Below are positions 54,279 through 64,000 of a stretch of DNA of 64,000 bases, in pieces; position 1 is the stretch's first letter; every line of letters begins with the position of its first letter. A program made the translations under genes and the position numbers. The stretch lies in contig CBDCNP010000002.1 of NCBI GenBank assembly GCA_965219415.1, positions 5,440,001 to 5,504,000 on the forward strand, given 5' to 3'. The DNA comes from Candidatus Marinacidobacterales bacterium. GTDB taxonomy: Bacteria > Acidobacteriota > Vicinamibacteria > Marinacidobacterales > DATDRI01. Under the pieces are notes generated by a model that was not told the DNA's origin, did no database searches, and was given only the letters and a program-made list of their open reading frames with translations.

Positions 54279-55365
54279 TGCCTTGGTGCACAACTCTCGA
54301 TCTCGGTCCACAATTGTCCTGTACTCGCGGATACGAGGTTCCCCATGAGCATTTTCAAACGCACTCAGCGGAAGTATGTGAAGAAGGCCTACCGCGTGAG
54401 GAATTGGCGTGAATATGAGGCGGGTCTACGCAACCGCGGGAGCCTGACCGTCTGGATCTCGCTCACCGCCGGCAAGCTTGTGAACTGGGACGCGCCCCGG
54501 CCAAGGAGGAGGAAACCGGGCCGTCAACGCAAGTACTCGAACCACGCCATCGAGACGGCTGTCACCCTGGGCATGGTGTTTCATCTGTCATCTAGGCAGA
54601 GCGAGGGATTGCTGCGGTCGTTGTTCGCTCTGATGAAGCTAGACAATGATGTGCCCGATCACACCACGATCTCGAGGCGCAAGCCGAAGCTGGGTAAGGT
54701 CCCCTTCTACCCAGTCAAGCAGAAGACGCCGTTGCACATCTTGTTCGACAGCAGCGGTCTCGCTGTCCACGCCGGCCAGCTGCGCAGAGCACAAAAGAGC
54801 AGGGACTATCGCAAGCTCCATCTGTGTGTCGACGAGCAGAGTGGCGAAGTCGTCGCCGGCGAGCTGACGAGCAAAAGAGCCCGCGATTCATCGCGGGTTG
54901 CATCGCTTGTCGGACAGATCGACAGTCCCATCTCATCGGCCAGAGCTGACACCGCATACGACGCCGGCGGCGTCTATGAGGCAATCGAGAATCACAGCGC
55001 TCATCGCTCGCCGAGGGTGCTGATACCGCCGCGCAAGGGCGCCCTGCTCGCATCGGGGCCGGCGAGCAGCCGACAGCGCAATCGCAACATTGCAGCACAA
55101 GCTCGGCTCGGCAAACGAAAGTGGCACACAGAATCGGGCTACAGCAAACGGAGCAAAGTCGAGACAACGTTCCATCGCTACAAGGCTATCGTGGGCTCAG
55201 CGATGCGAGCGAGAGGGTTGGCGGCACAGAGAGGTGAGGCAAGGATCGGGTGCAAGATTCTCAACACCATGACGGTGCTCGGGATGCCTGATAGCGAGAT
55301 GATCGGATGATGGGAGTCGGGGCCAAGCGAGCTCTCGGCCTCTATCGGAGTTGTGCACCAAGGCA
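54279..55365 (+). mobile_element. IS5-family element, complete (transposase 54345-55310)
   Basis: Nearly identical to 15048-16134; same TIRs. Confidence 0.93.
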
Positions 55366-56432
55366 GCCAGCGGGTACCGATCCGTGTGCCACGGGTTCGG
55401 AGCATCGAGGGAGGAGAGATTCCGCTTCGCTGCTACGAGGCGGTGAGCCACGGCGGTGAGGTGAATGATCTTCTGCTGAAACGAGTTCTCTACGGAATCT
55501 CTTGTCGCAACTACGAGGCGGCAGCGGAAGCGATTCCGGGCGCCATCGGGCTGTCGAGCTCAACGGTGTCCCGAGGGTTCGTGCAAGCGAGCGCTGCGAA
55601 GCTGCGGGAGATGCAGGAACGGGATCTGACCGGCGAGGATGTGGTGGCGCTGTTTCTGGATGGGAAGACATTCGCCGAGGCAACGATGGTCGTGGCTCTG
55701 GGCATCACGCTTTGCGGGGAAAAACGCTTCTTGGGCTTCGTGGAGACGGACACGGAGAACGCGCAGGTGTTGACGCCGTTCCTGCGTTCACTGCTCGAGC
55801 GGGGACTCGATATCTCCCAGGGTCTGCTGGTGATCATCGACGGCGGCAAGGGTCTCCAAGCGGCAGTCAAGAAGGCATTCCGTAAGCGGGCCCTGATACA
55901 ACGCTGCCAGTGGCACAAACGTGAAAACGTAGTGAGCTACCTGTCCAAGGGCGAGCAGGCGTCATGGCGCAAGCGGCTCCAGTGGGCCTACAACAGGCCG
56001 GAGTACGAAGAGGCCCTCACTGCGCTCGAGCAACTCCACGGTGAGTTAGAAGAGCGGAACCAATCCGCAGCTGGCAGCCTGGAGGAAGGCCTCGAGGAGA
56101 CGCTGACGTTGCATCGACTCGGCGTGCACGCGGTGCTGGGCCGTTCGTTCAAGACGACGAACTGCCTTGAGTCCGTCAATGCTCTCGTCGAGGAACGCTG
56201 CGCGAAGGTCGACCACTGGAAGAACTCGAGCCAACGCCAGCGCTGGTTGGCAACGGCGCTCGTAGACATCGAACCGCGCTTGAGGAAGGTGGTGGGCTAC
56301 CGCCATCTTCCCAAGCTTCGCGAAGCTCTCAAGCGGGAACTGAAGATCGAGGCGAAGACATCAACCGTATCGAAGAAGAAGGTCGCTTAAACGTGAGCCG
56401 TGGAGAGTTTCAACTAAGAATGGGCTTGACTC
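55366..56432 (+). mobile_element. IS256 element A, 5'-truncated by IS5
   Basis: Nearly identical to 10084-11150. Confidence 0.92.
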
Positions 56433-56565
56433 CGCATCCCTTTGCAAAAAAAGCGCTTACGCTCCATTTAGCGCGCGGCGAAGGTCGCGAGCGCTATTTT
56501 GGCTGTAATTTAATGCAGCGTAAAGTCTTAGCGTCATCTCACCAACACTTAATGGCGGAAGCACC
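56433..56565. mobile_element. Partial 166-bp MITE
   Basis: Matches 26867-26999; cut by the IS256 end. Confidence 0.78.
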
Positions 56566-56646
56566 GCACAGGACGCGATCTTCCTTTTTGCGGGTCACAA
56601 CCGCTTGGTCCGGCGCCGTGATTTATACTCGAAGATTGCCAAAGTC

Positions 56647-58479
56647 ATGAACATACTCGGAATCTCAGCCTTCTATCATGACAGCGCCGCCTGCCTTGTG
56701 CAGGATGGCGACATCGTGGCCGCCGCTCAGGAGGAGCGATTCACGCGAAGAAAGCACGACTACAACTTTCCGAAACACGCGGTCGACTACTGCCTGAAGG
56801 AAGGTGGACTTTCGGCAGCGGACATGGACCTGGTGGTCTTCTACGACAAGCCTCTGTTGAAATTCGACCGTATCCTGGAGACGTACCTTGCCTATGCGCC
56901 GCGAGGGTTCAAGCTGTTCCTCAAGGGTCTCCCGCTGTGGCTGAAACAGAAGCTGCGAACGCCTCACGAGCTCGACCGGGGGCTCGAGGGGCGCTATCGG
57001 AAGCGGTATCTGTTCACGCGGCACCACGAATCCCACGCCGCGAGTGCTTTCTTTCCCTCTCCCTTCGAGCAAGCGGCCATCCTGACACTCGACGGCGTCG
57101 GCGAGTGGTCGACGGGCAGTATCGGGATCGGCGACGGGAACCGGATTCGACTCCTGAAGGAGCTTCGCTTTCCGCACTCTATCGGACTGCTCTACTCGGC
57201 CTTCACGTACTTCTGCGGGTTCAGAGTGAACAGCGGCGAGTACAAGCTCATGGGGCTGGCTCCCTACGGCGAGCCTCGCTATGCCGATCTGATGCGTGAG
57301 AAGTTGATCGACCTCAGGCCCGACGGATCCTTCCGGATGGACATGTCCTACTTCGCCTTCTGCTACAAGGGGGTGATGACCTCCTCGAAGATGGATCGGC
57401 TCCTTGGCGGGCCGCCGAGAGCTGCGGAGGGTCCGCTCACTCAGCGCGAGATGGACATCGCGGCCTCCATCCAGGAGGTCACGGAGGACATCATGCTTCG
57501 GACGGCACGCTACGCGCACGAGCTGATCGGCCTGCCGAATCTGGTCATGGCGGGCGGCGTCGCGCTCAATTGCGTGGGCAACGGCCGGATTCTGCGGGAG
57601 GGCCCCTTCGAGAACGTTTGGATCCAGCCGGCCGCGGGCGACGCCGGTGGGGCGCTCGGCGCGGCACTCTTCGTCTGGCACCAGCTTCTCGACAAGGCAC
57701 GGGAGCCTCTGCAGGAGGGTGACTACCAGAAGGGTTCGCTACTCGGCCCGAGCTACTCCCGGGACGAGATAGAGACGTTTCTGGACAGTGCCGGTGCCGT
57801 CTACCGCTACTTCGAATCCGAGGACGAGCTGGTAGAGACGCTGGTCGCGCTGGTCGACTCGGAGCAGGTGGTCGGGCACATGGAAGGCCGGATGGAGTTC
57901 GGGCCACGGGCACTGGGAAGCCGGTCCATCCTCGGCGATGCCCGCTCTCGTGAGATGCAGTCGCTCATGAACCTGAAGATCAAGTTCCGCGAGTCGTTTC
58001 GGCCCTTTGCTCCGTCCGTGCTCAGAGACAAAGTCGATGAGTACTTCGAAACGCGTCCCGACGAAGACAGCCCCTATATGCTGCTAGTCGCCCCGGTTCG
58101 CGCCGACAAACGGCTCCCAGTCAACGGAGACGGCGCACAAGGGCTCGAGAAGTTGAAGCAGGCGCGCTCGGTGGTTCCCGCGGTCACCCATGTGGACTAT
58201 TCGGCGCGAGTCCAGACCGTCGATCCGAAGCGCTACCCTCGTTTCTATCGCCTGCTGGAGCGGTTCCATGGGAGGACGGGGTGCCCGGTGATCATCAATA
58301 CAAGCTTCAACGTGAGGGGAGAGCCGATCGTGTGTACGCCGGAGGACGCCTATCGTTGCTTCATGGCCACCAACATGGATGCGCTCGTCATCGGGAACGT
58401 CCTCCTTGAGAAGGACGACCAGCCGCAAGCCACCCGGCACGAAATCGACATGTATCTGGCACGGTTCCAGCTGGACTAG
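56647..58479 (+). CDS. O-carbamoyltransferase (NodU/CmcH/SxtI family)
   Basis: Motifs ILGISAFYHDSAA, QEERF, HHESHAAS, DGVGE, EYKLMGLAPYG, EFGPRALG, FRPFAP and NTSFN. Confidence 0.95.
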   Translation: MNILGISAFYHDSAACLVQDGDIVAAAQEERFTRRKHDYNFPKHAVDYCLKEGGLSAADMDLVVFYDKPLLKFDRILETYLAYAPRGFKLFLKGLPLWLKQKLRTPHELDRGLEGRYRKRYLFTRHHESHAASAFFPSPFEQAAILTLDGVGEWSTGSIGIGDGNRIRLLKELRFPHSIGLLYSAFTYFCGFRVNSGEYKLMGLAPYGEPRYADLMREKLIDLRPDGSFRMDMSYFAFCYKGVMTSSKMDRLLGGPPRAAEGPLTQREMDIAASIQEVTEDIMLRTARYAHELIGLPNLVMAGGVALNCVGNGRILREGPFENVWIQPAAGDAGGALGAALFVWHQLLDKAREPLQEGDYQKGSLLGPSYSRDEIETFLDSAGAVYRYFESEDELVETLVALVDSEQVVGHMEGRMEFGPRALGSRSILGDARSREMQSLMNLKIKFRESFRPFAPSVLRDKVDEYFETRPDEDSPYMLLVAPVRADKRLPVNGDGAQGLEKLKQARSVVPAVTHVDYSARVQTVDPKRYPRFYRLLERFHGRTGCPVIINTSFNVRGEPIVCTPEDAYRCFMATNMDALVIGNVLLEKDDQPQATRHEIDMYLARFQLD

Positions 58480-58482
58480 ATC

Positions 58483-58923
58483 ATGATCGTCCAGCTAACC
58501 CTCGACCCATCGAGCCGGCAACTACGGCAGTTCGGGTTCATCGCTCTGGGAGCTTTTGCGCTCCTCGGTGGCCTGATCCTATGGAAGGGAAGTATCTTCG
58601 GCGTGGCGCTTGGCTCTGCGGCGCGGCCGACGGCGTACGTTTTGTGGGGGCTCGGATTGCTTTCGGGTGCGTTCTCCCTGCTGAAGCCCGCCGCCAACCG
58701 ACCGCTGTTCGTCCTTCTCGGGGTCGTGACCTTTCCCATCGGATGGGTCCTCTCGCACGTTGTGCTCGCGGTTCTTTTCTACGGGCTACTGACGCCCATC
58801 GCACTGTTCTTTCGGCTGATCGGTCGCGATCCCCTCACGCGCCGGTGGGAACCCGAACAGAAAAGCTACTGGGTCGATCTGCCGGAGGCTTTTGACAAAA
58901 AGGACTATTTCCGTCAGTTTTAG
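58483..58923 (+). CDS. SxtJ-family membrane protein
   Basis: QLRQFG...FYGLLTPI...GRDPL...SYW...YFRQF, directly after the carbamoyltransferase. Confidence 0.8.
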   Translation: MIVQLTLDPSSRQLRQFGFIALGAFALLGGLILWKGSIFGVALGSAARPTAYVLWGLGLLSGAFSLLKPAANRPLFVLLGVVTFPIGWVLSHVVLAVLFYGLLTPIALFFRLIGRDPLTRRWEPEQKSYWVDLPEAFDKKDYFRQF

Positions 58924-58942
58924 CGGACGGGAGGACACGTTG

Positions 58943-59134
58943 GTGCCAAAAGACGACGATCTGGCTCAGCTCGCTCAGGAAGACCGCCAGAGTCTCGCCT
59001 CCGAGTTTCGGGACTTCCTGAAACACAACAAGAAGTGGTGGCTGCTGCCCATCCTCGTCGTCATCCTCGGACTCGGCCTTCTCGTCTTTCTCAGCGGAAG
59101 CGGAGCTGCGCCCTTCATCTACACGCTCTTCTGA
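58943..59134 (+). CDS. DUF5989 (SxtK-like) small membrane protein
   Basis: FLKHNKKWWLLP...APFIYTLF; RBS ggagg. Confidence 0.85.
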   Translation: MPKDDDLAQLAQEDRQSLASEFRDFLKHNKKWWLLPILVVILGLGLLVFLSGSGAAPFIYTLF

Positions 59135-59244
59135 TATAGGCTCTCCCTTCACTCTCTGGGTTTTCCGAGTTCCGGGTTTCCTGCTGTACTGGGTTTCCTG
59201 TGGCGTCCGTTGCGGACTTCCTGGATTCGTTGTCGCGGATTCGC

Positions 59245-59460
59245 TCATCTCTTGGAGCGCGGCGTTGCCTCCTCTTTCAAAAAAGGCTGCAGGTGCCGAT
59301 AGACAATCCGTGCCGCTCGTTCGTGCCCCCTCGGCGGTGAAGTGTGACTCGTCCTGGAAGAAACTCTTTCTATTCTTGAAGTCGTGATAGAGGTCGATGA
59401 GAGGTAGCGCGTGGACTCGTGCGATCTCCGCCGTGACCTCGTTGTAGCTCGGGGCGAAAG
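59245..59460 (-). pseudogene. C-terminal SGNH hydrolase fragment
   Basis: YNEVTAEIA...PLIDL...FFQDESHFTAEG, frameshifting into HERAARIV. Confidence 0.65.
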
Positions 59461-59943
59461 CGTCCTGTCCAAAAACACAAACGAACTCAAGACTGGCGCG
59501 CCGGGCCGTTTCGATCGTCATCGACCCGTGGCGAGCCCCAGACCTGGGGCGTGTCGGAGGCGATGTCGGCCTCCGCACGCGCAGGGAAAACACCGTCCAG
59601 CAACGGGATGCCACGCTCCCGGGCGGAGACCTGAATCCAGGCCCGGGCCGCACCTGGACCAGAACGTGCTAGGCCAGCTACGCCACGGTAACCTCAGTCT
59701 CGATTCTGAGCCCCTCGGGCGGCCTCTTTTCCGTTGCCCGCAAGGTCTCCGGTCAGAGCCCGCTCTCCTATTTGGCGCAAACGTGGCACTCGAAAATCGA
59801 GACTAGAGACGAAAACCGAAAATGTGGTTAGTTCAGCTCTTCTAGCGCGTTTCTGGTGACACCCTATCTCTGCAAAACCCCGCCAACCGCGCGGAAAATC
59901 CCACCCGTCTCTGCGGGGCCACAATTGGCAAGACTGGGTGGCG

Positions 59944-60571
59944 GGGCGCGCAACCCGGTCTCTTCCGCACCTGTACCACTGCCCGCAGCCGCGTAGCAAC
60001 ACTTGATGGCGGAAGCACCCACCGCGCTCGAGCAACTCCACGGTGAGTTAGAAGAGCGGAACCAATCCGCAGCTGGCAGCCTGGAGGAAGGCCTCGAGGA
60101 GACGCTGACGTTGCATCGACTCGGCGTGCACGCGGTGCTGGGCCGTTCGTTCAAGACGACGAACTGCCTTGAGTCCGTCAATGCTCTCGTCGAGGAACGC
60201 TGCGCGAAGGTCGACCACTGGAAGAACTCGAGCCAACGCCAGCGCTGGTTGGCAACGGCGCTCGTAGACATCGAACCGCGCTTGAGGAAGGTGGTGGGCT
60301 ACCGCCATCTTCCCAAGCTTCGCGAAGCTCTCAAGCGGGAACTGAAGATCGAGGCGAAGACATCAACCGTATCGAAGAAGAAGGTCGCTTAAACGTGAGC
60401 CGTGGAGAGTTTCAACTAAGAATGGGCTTGACTCTGACGCTAAGACATTACGGTGCATTAAATTACAGCCAAAATAGCGTTCGTGACCTTCGCTTCGCGC
60501 TAAATGGAGCGTAAGCGCCTCTTTTGCAAAGGGATGCGTACACATCACCAACAGCAAACAGCGCAAGCACC
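59944..60571. mobile_element. Stack of IS1 right end (to 60019), IS256-A 3' fragment (60020-60433) and partial 166-bp MITE
   Basis: Each block matches a complete element elsewhere in the window. Confidence 0.85.
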
Positions 60572-60828
60572 CGTCGTCCGTTAGGCGAAGCTTTCTCCCG
60601 CAAAGCCGAGCTTTGGGGACTCTGTTCTCATCGAGCACGTCAACGATAGCCGCCTGTTGGTCACGCTGGACCCAACCAGCGATGGCGACGACCAACAATG
60701 TCAAGGGTCGCATCGGCGGGCTCATGACCGAGGATTCTAGCTTCCATTGGCGAACCAAGCCTAGGCACCTCTAATCCGAAACGTCCTGGCGCGTGGGTAT
60801 TGAGTTCGTTTGTGTTTTTGGACAGGAC
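60572..60828 (-). mobile_element. Left end and N-terminus of a second rve-integrase IS
   Basis: End cgtcctgtccaaaaacacaaacgaac, then MRPLTLLVVAIAGWVQRDQQ...RKLRLTDD. Confidence 0.7.
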
Positions 60829-61139
60829 GGGCTCGCCGAGGCGGGTATTGAGCCGTCCGTCGACAGCCGAGGCACTCTTACGATAACGCTTTGGCTGAAT
60901 CCATCATCGGCCTCTACAAGACCGAGGTGACCCGTCGACGCGGGCCCTGGCGTGGTCTCGAAGACGTCGAGTTCGCCACCCTCGAGTGGGTGCATTGGTA
61001 CAACACGCAACGACTCTTGGAGCCGATCGGAAATGTCTCCCCCGTCGAGTACGAGATGAACTACTATCGGTCGCAGGAAGGCTCGCTAGAGATGGCGAGA
61101 CTCAACTAAAACAGTCTCCGGAAAACCCGGGGCGGTTCA
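60829..61139 (+). mobile_element. IS3-family (IS51-like) 3' fragment
   Basis: AESIIGLYKTEV...ATLEWVHWYN; right IR gtctccggaaaacccggggcggttca. Confidence 0.85.
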
Positions 61140-61561
61140 GTCTGGCCAATTGTGGCACTGCAGAGACGGATGAGATTTTCCGCGCGGTTGGCGGGGTTTT
61201 GCAGGATTGGGTGTCACCAGAGACGCGCTAGAAGGGCTGAACTGGCCTCATTTTCGGTTTTGGTCTCTAATCTCGATTTTCGAGGGACACGTTTGCGCCA
61301 AAGGGGGGAGCGGGCCGCTGACAGGGCCGTGCAGCGTCGGAAAAGAGGCCGCCCGAGGGGTCCAGAATCAAGGCCAGGGCTATGGCCCTCCGTCGCTCGG
61401 CCCTGGACGAAGGGGTCGTAGACCTGTGCAATCAAATCGCGCTTGCCTCCGAGGGAGACTATGCTGTGCTGGCCGATCACGGTATTTTCAGTATCGATGG
61501 CACGATCCGACTCGGGCAAAATCAGTTCTCAACCGATGGCTCGATATGAATGACCGAAGCA

Positions 61562-64000
61562 ATGACTGACAAGAACCGCACCCCCGAACAAAAGGCGCGC
61601 GACATCATCGACCAGCTTCTGGACCAGTCTGGCTGGAAGGGCAGTCGAAGAACAAGATAGACTTCAGCGCTGGCTTCGGCATCACCATCCGCGAATACCA
61701 GACGGATGTCGGTCCCGCCGACTACGTTCTGTTCATCGACAAGAACCCGGTCGGCGTCATCGAGGCAAAACCCGAGGACTGGGGTCAGAAGATTACGACT
61801 GTTGAAGAGCAGTCTGCCGGTTACGCGGCCGCAAAGCTGAAATGGCTCAACAACAAGGAGCCGCTTCCCTTCATCTACGAGAGCACGGGCGTCGTGACGC
61901 GCTTCACCGATGCCCGCGACCCGAAGCCTCGCTCGCGCGAGGTCTTTAATTTCCACCGCCCTGAAACGCTGGCCGAGTGGTTCACACAACCCGCGCCGTT
62001 GCGCGCACGGCTACGCACCATGCCCAGCCTCAACCCCTCAGGCCTCAGGGCGTGCCAGATCACAGCGATTGAAGGGCTCGAAGAGTCGCTGCGGGACGAC
62101 CGCCCGCGGGCCCTCATCCAGATGGCGACCGGGTCCGGCAAGACATACGCCGCCATCACATCGATCTATCGTCTGCTGAAGCACGCTGACGCCAAACGGA
62201 TCCTGTTTTTGGTGGACACCAGGAATCTCGGTGAACAGGCCGAGCAGGAATTTACGGCCTACGTGCCCAACGACGACAATCGTAAATTCACGGAGCTCTA
62301 CAACGTGCAGCGGCCGAAATCCTCCTTCGTTGCCAAGGACAGCCAGGTCTGCATCAGCACCATCCAGCGTATGTACTCGCTGTTGAAGGACCAGGAGTTG
62401 GATGAAGCCGTAGAGCAGATCAACCCGGCGGAGATGGTGCAGCCCAAACAACCGATGCCGGTCGTCTATAACGGCAAGATTCCACTTGATTTTTTTGACT
62501 TCATCATCATCGACGAATGCCACCGCTCAATTTACAACCTCTGGCGCCAGGTCCTTGAATATTTCGACGCCTATCTCATCGGCCTGACCGCCACGCCGGA
62601 CAACCGCACTTATGGGTTCTTCAAGAAGAACGTCGTCAGCGAGTATGCCCATGAGCAAGCCGTCGCGGACGGTGTCAATGTCGGCAACGAAATTTATGTC
62701 ATCGACACGGAGAAGACCAAGCATGGCGGCCAACTCAAGGCGGACCAGAAGATCCAGAAGCGCGAGCGCCTGACACGCCGAAAGCGCTGGGAGATCCCAG
62801 GATGAGGACGTCACCTATGCCGCCCGGCAACTCGACAGAGACATCGTCAACCCTGATCAGATCCGCACTGTCGTCCGCACCTTTCGCGACAAAGCTGTCG
62901 GAGATATTCCCCGGCCGCGGCGAAGTCCCAAAGACGCTTGTTTTTGCCAAAACCGACAGCCACGCCGACGACATCATCCAGACCGTGCGCGAGGAATTTG
63001 CTGAACGCAACGAGTTCTGCAAGAAGATCACGTACAAGGTCGAAGAAGATCCGAAATCTGTCCTCGCCCAGTTCCGAAACGACTACTACCCGCGCATCGC
63101 TGTGACCGTAGATATGATCGCCACGGGCACCGACGTCAAGCCGCTCGAATGCCTGCTCTTCATGCGCGACGTGAGGAGCCGCAACTATTTCGAACAGATG
63201 AAAGGCCGCGGCACCCGCACACTCGACCATGATGATCTCAAGAAGGTCTCGCCCTCAGTCGCCTGTGGCAAGACGCATTATGTGATTGTCGACGCCGTCG
63301 GTGTGACGAAATCGCTCAAAACCGCCAGCCAGCCGCTCATCACAAAGCCTTCCGTGCCGCTCAAGGACCTGGCCATGGGCGTGATGATGGGTGCCAGTGA
63401 CGAAGACACGGTGAGCTCCCTCGCTGGCCGTCTCGCCCGCCTCAACCGGCAGCTCCACCACCAGGAGCAGGAGCGCATCCGGGAGAAGGCCAGCCGCATA
63501 GAGCTCGCCGACATCGATCCCGATCGCGTTGAAGCCAGGGCCCGCGAGATCGAGCCGATCGCAGACGGCGCTGAGCCGACACTGGCCGCGCGCGAAAAGG
63601 CTCAGGATGAGCTGGTCAGTGACGCCGCCACGGTGTTCAACAGCGAGCTGATTGAGTTGATTGACTCCATCCGCCGTGACAAGGAACAGACCATCGACTA
63701 TGAGGGCCTCGACACCGTGCTACGGGCCGAATGGGAGGGCGACGCCAAGGAGAATGCAGAGGCGATGGCACAGGACTTCCAGCAATATCTGGAAGCCAAC
63801 CGCGACGAGATCGAAGCCCTGACCATCTTCTACGCCCAGCCACACCGGCGCAGACAGCTTAGCTACGCGATGATCCGCGAAATCTTCGATAAGCTTAGAG
63901 CTGACAAGCCCCGCCTAGCCCCCTTACGCGTCTGGCAGGCCTACGCCCTGCTCGACGACTGCAAGGGTCGGCAGCCTGCCACTGAACTAACGGCGCTCGT
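61562..64000 (+). pseudogene. hsdR: Type I restriction enzyme R subunit (EcoAI/EcoEI-like), at least 3 frameshifts, runs off the window
   Basis: Nuclease ADYVL...VIEAK; helicase MATGSGKT, DECHR, GLTATP, TGTDV and QMKGRG; frame switches near 61640, 62795 and 62895. Confidence 0.88.

Noticed and set aside
56647-59134. Saxitoxin biosynthesis cluster
   Set aside because: Only sxtIJK-like homologues are present; no sxtA, sxtG or other core genes.
16748-60828. Recurrent tgtccaaaaacacaaacgaac motif as a possible CRISPR repeat or attC site
   Set aside because: Dispersed in both orientations with no regular spacers and no cas or intI gene; the 60828 copy leads into a transposase, so it is an IS end.

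Overview
GC-rich bacterial DNA. The gene families (TonB receptor with a carboxypeptidase-regulatory domain, sulfatase-like, DUF5916, SGNH, SagB-like) suggest Acidobacteriota or Planctomycetota, but this is inference only. The window is heavily fragmented by insertion sequences: about 40% by my hand tally is IS, MITE or recombinase debris (IS1, IS3, IS5, IS6, IS256, ISL3, ISNCY, IS1595, IS110 and an rve-integrase IS family). Intact or nearly intact cargo: a GT4 glycosyltransferase with a Wzx-like flippase, a sulfatase-like protein, a panG-panB-panC-(coaBC scar)-coaX operon, a TonB-dependent receptor, a CotH-like kinase, an SGNH protein, a SagB-like dehydrogenase, HigBA with a metallopeptidase-fused antitoxin, an amidohydrolase, an S8 peptidase, DUF4399, a carbamoyltransferase-SxtJ-DUF5989 trio and a frameshifted type I restriction subunit. 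Best finding: an intact IS1111-type IS110 element (42481-43927) inserted into the terminal inverted repeat of an IS1-family element. Its 3' non-coding region carries sequences matching both that target and its own circle junction, i.e. a putative bridge RNA programmed against another transposon's end. No rRNA, tRNA or CRISPR array was seen. Some frameshifts and inversions could be sequencing, amplification or assembly artefacts.
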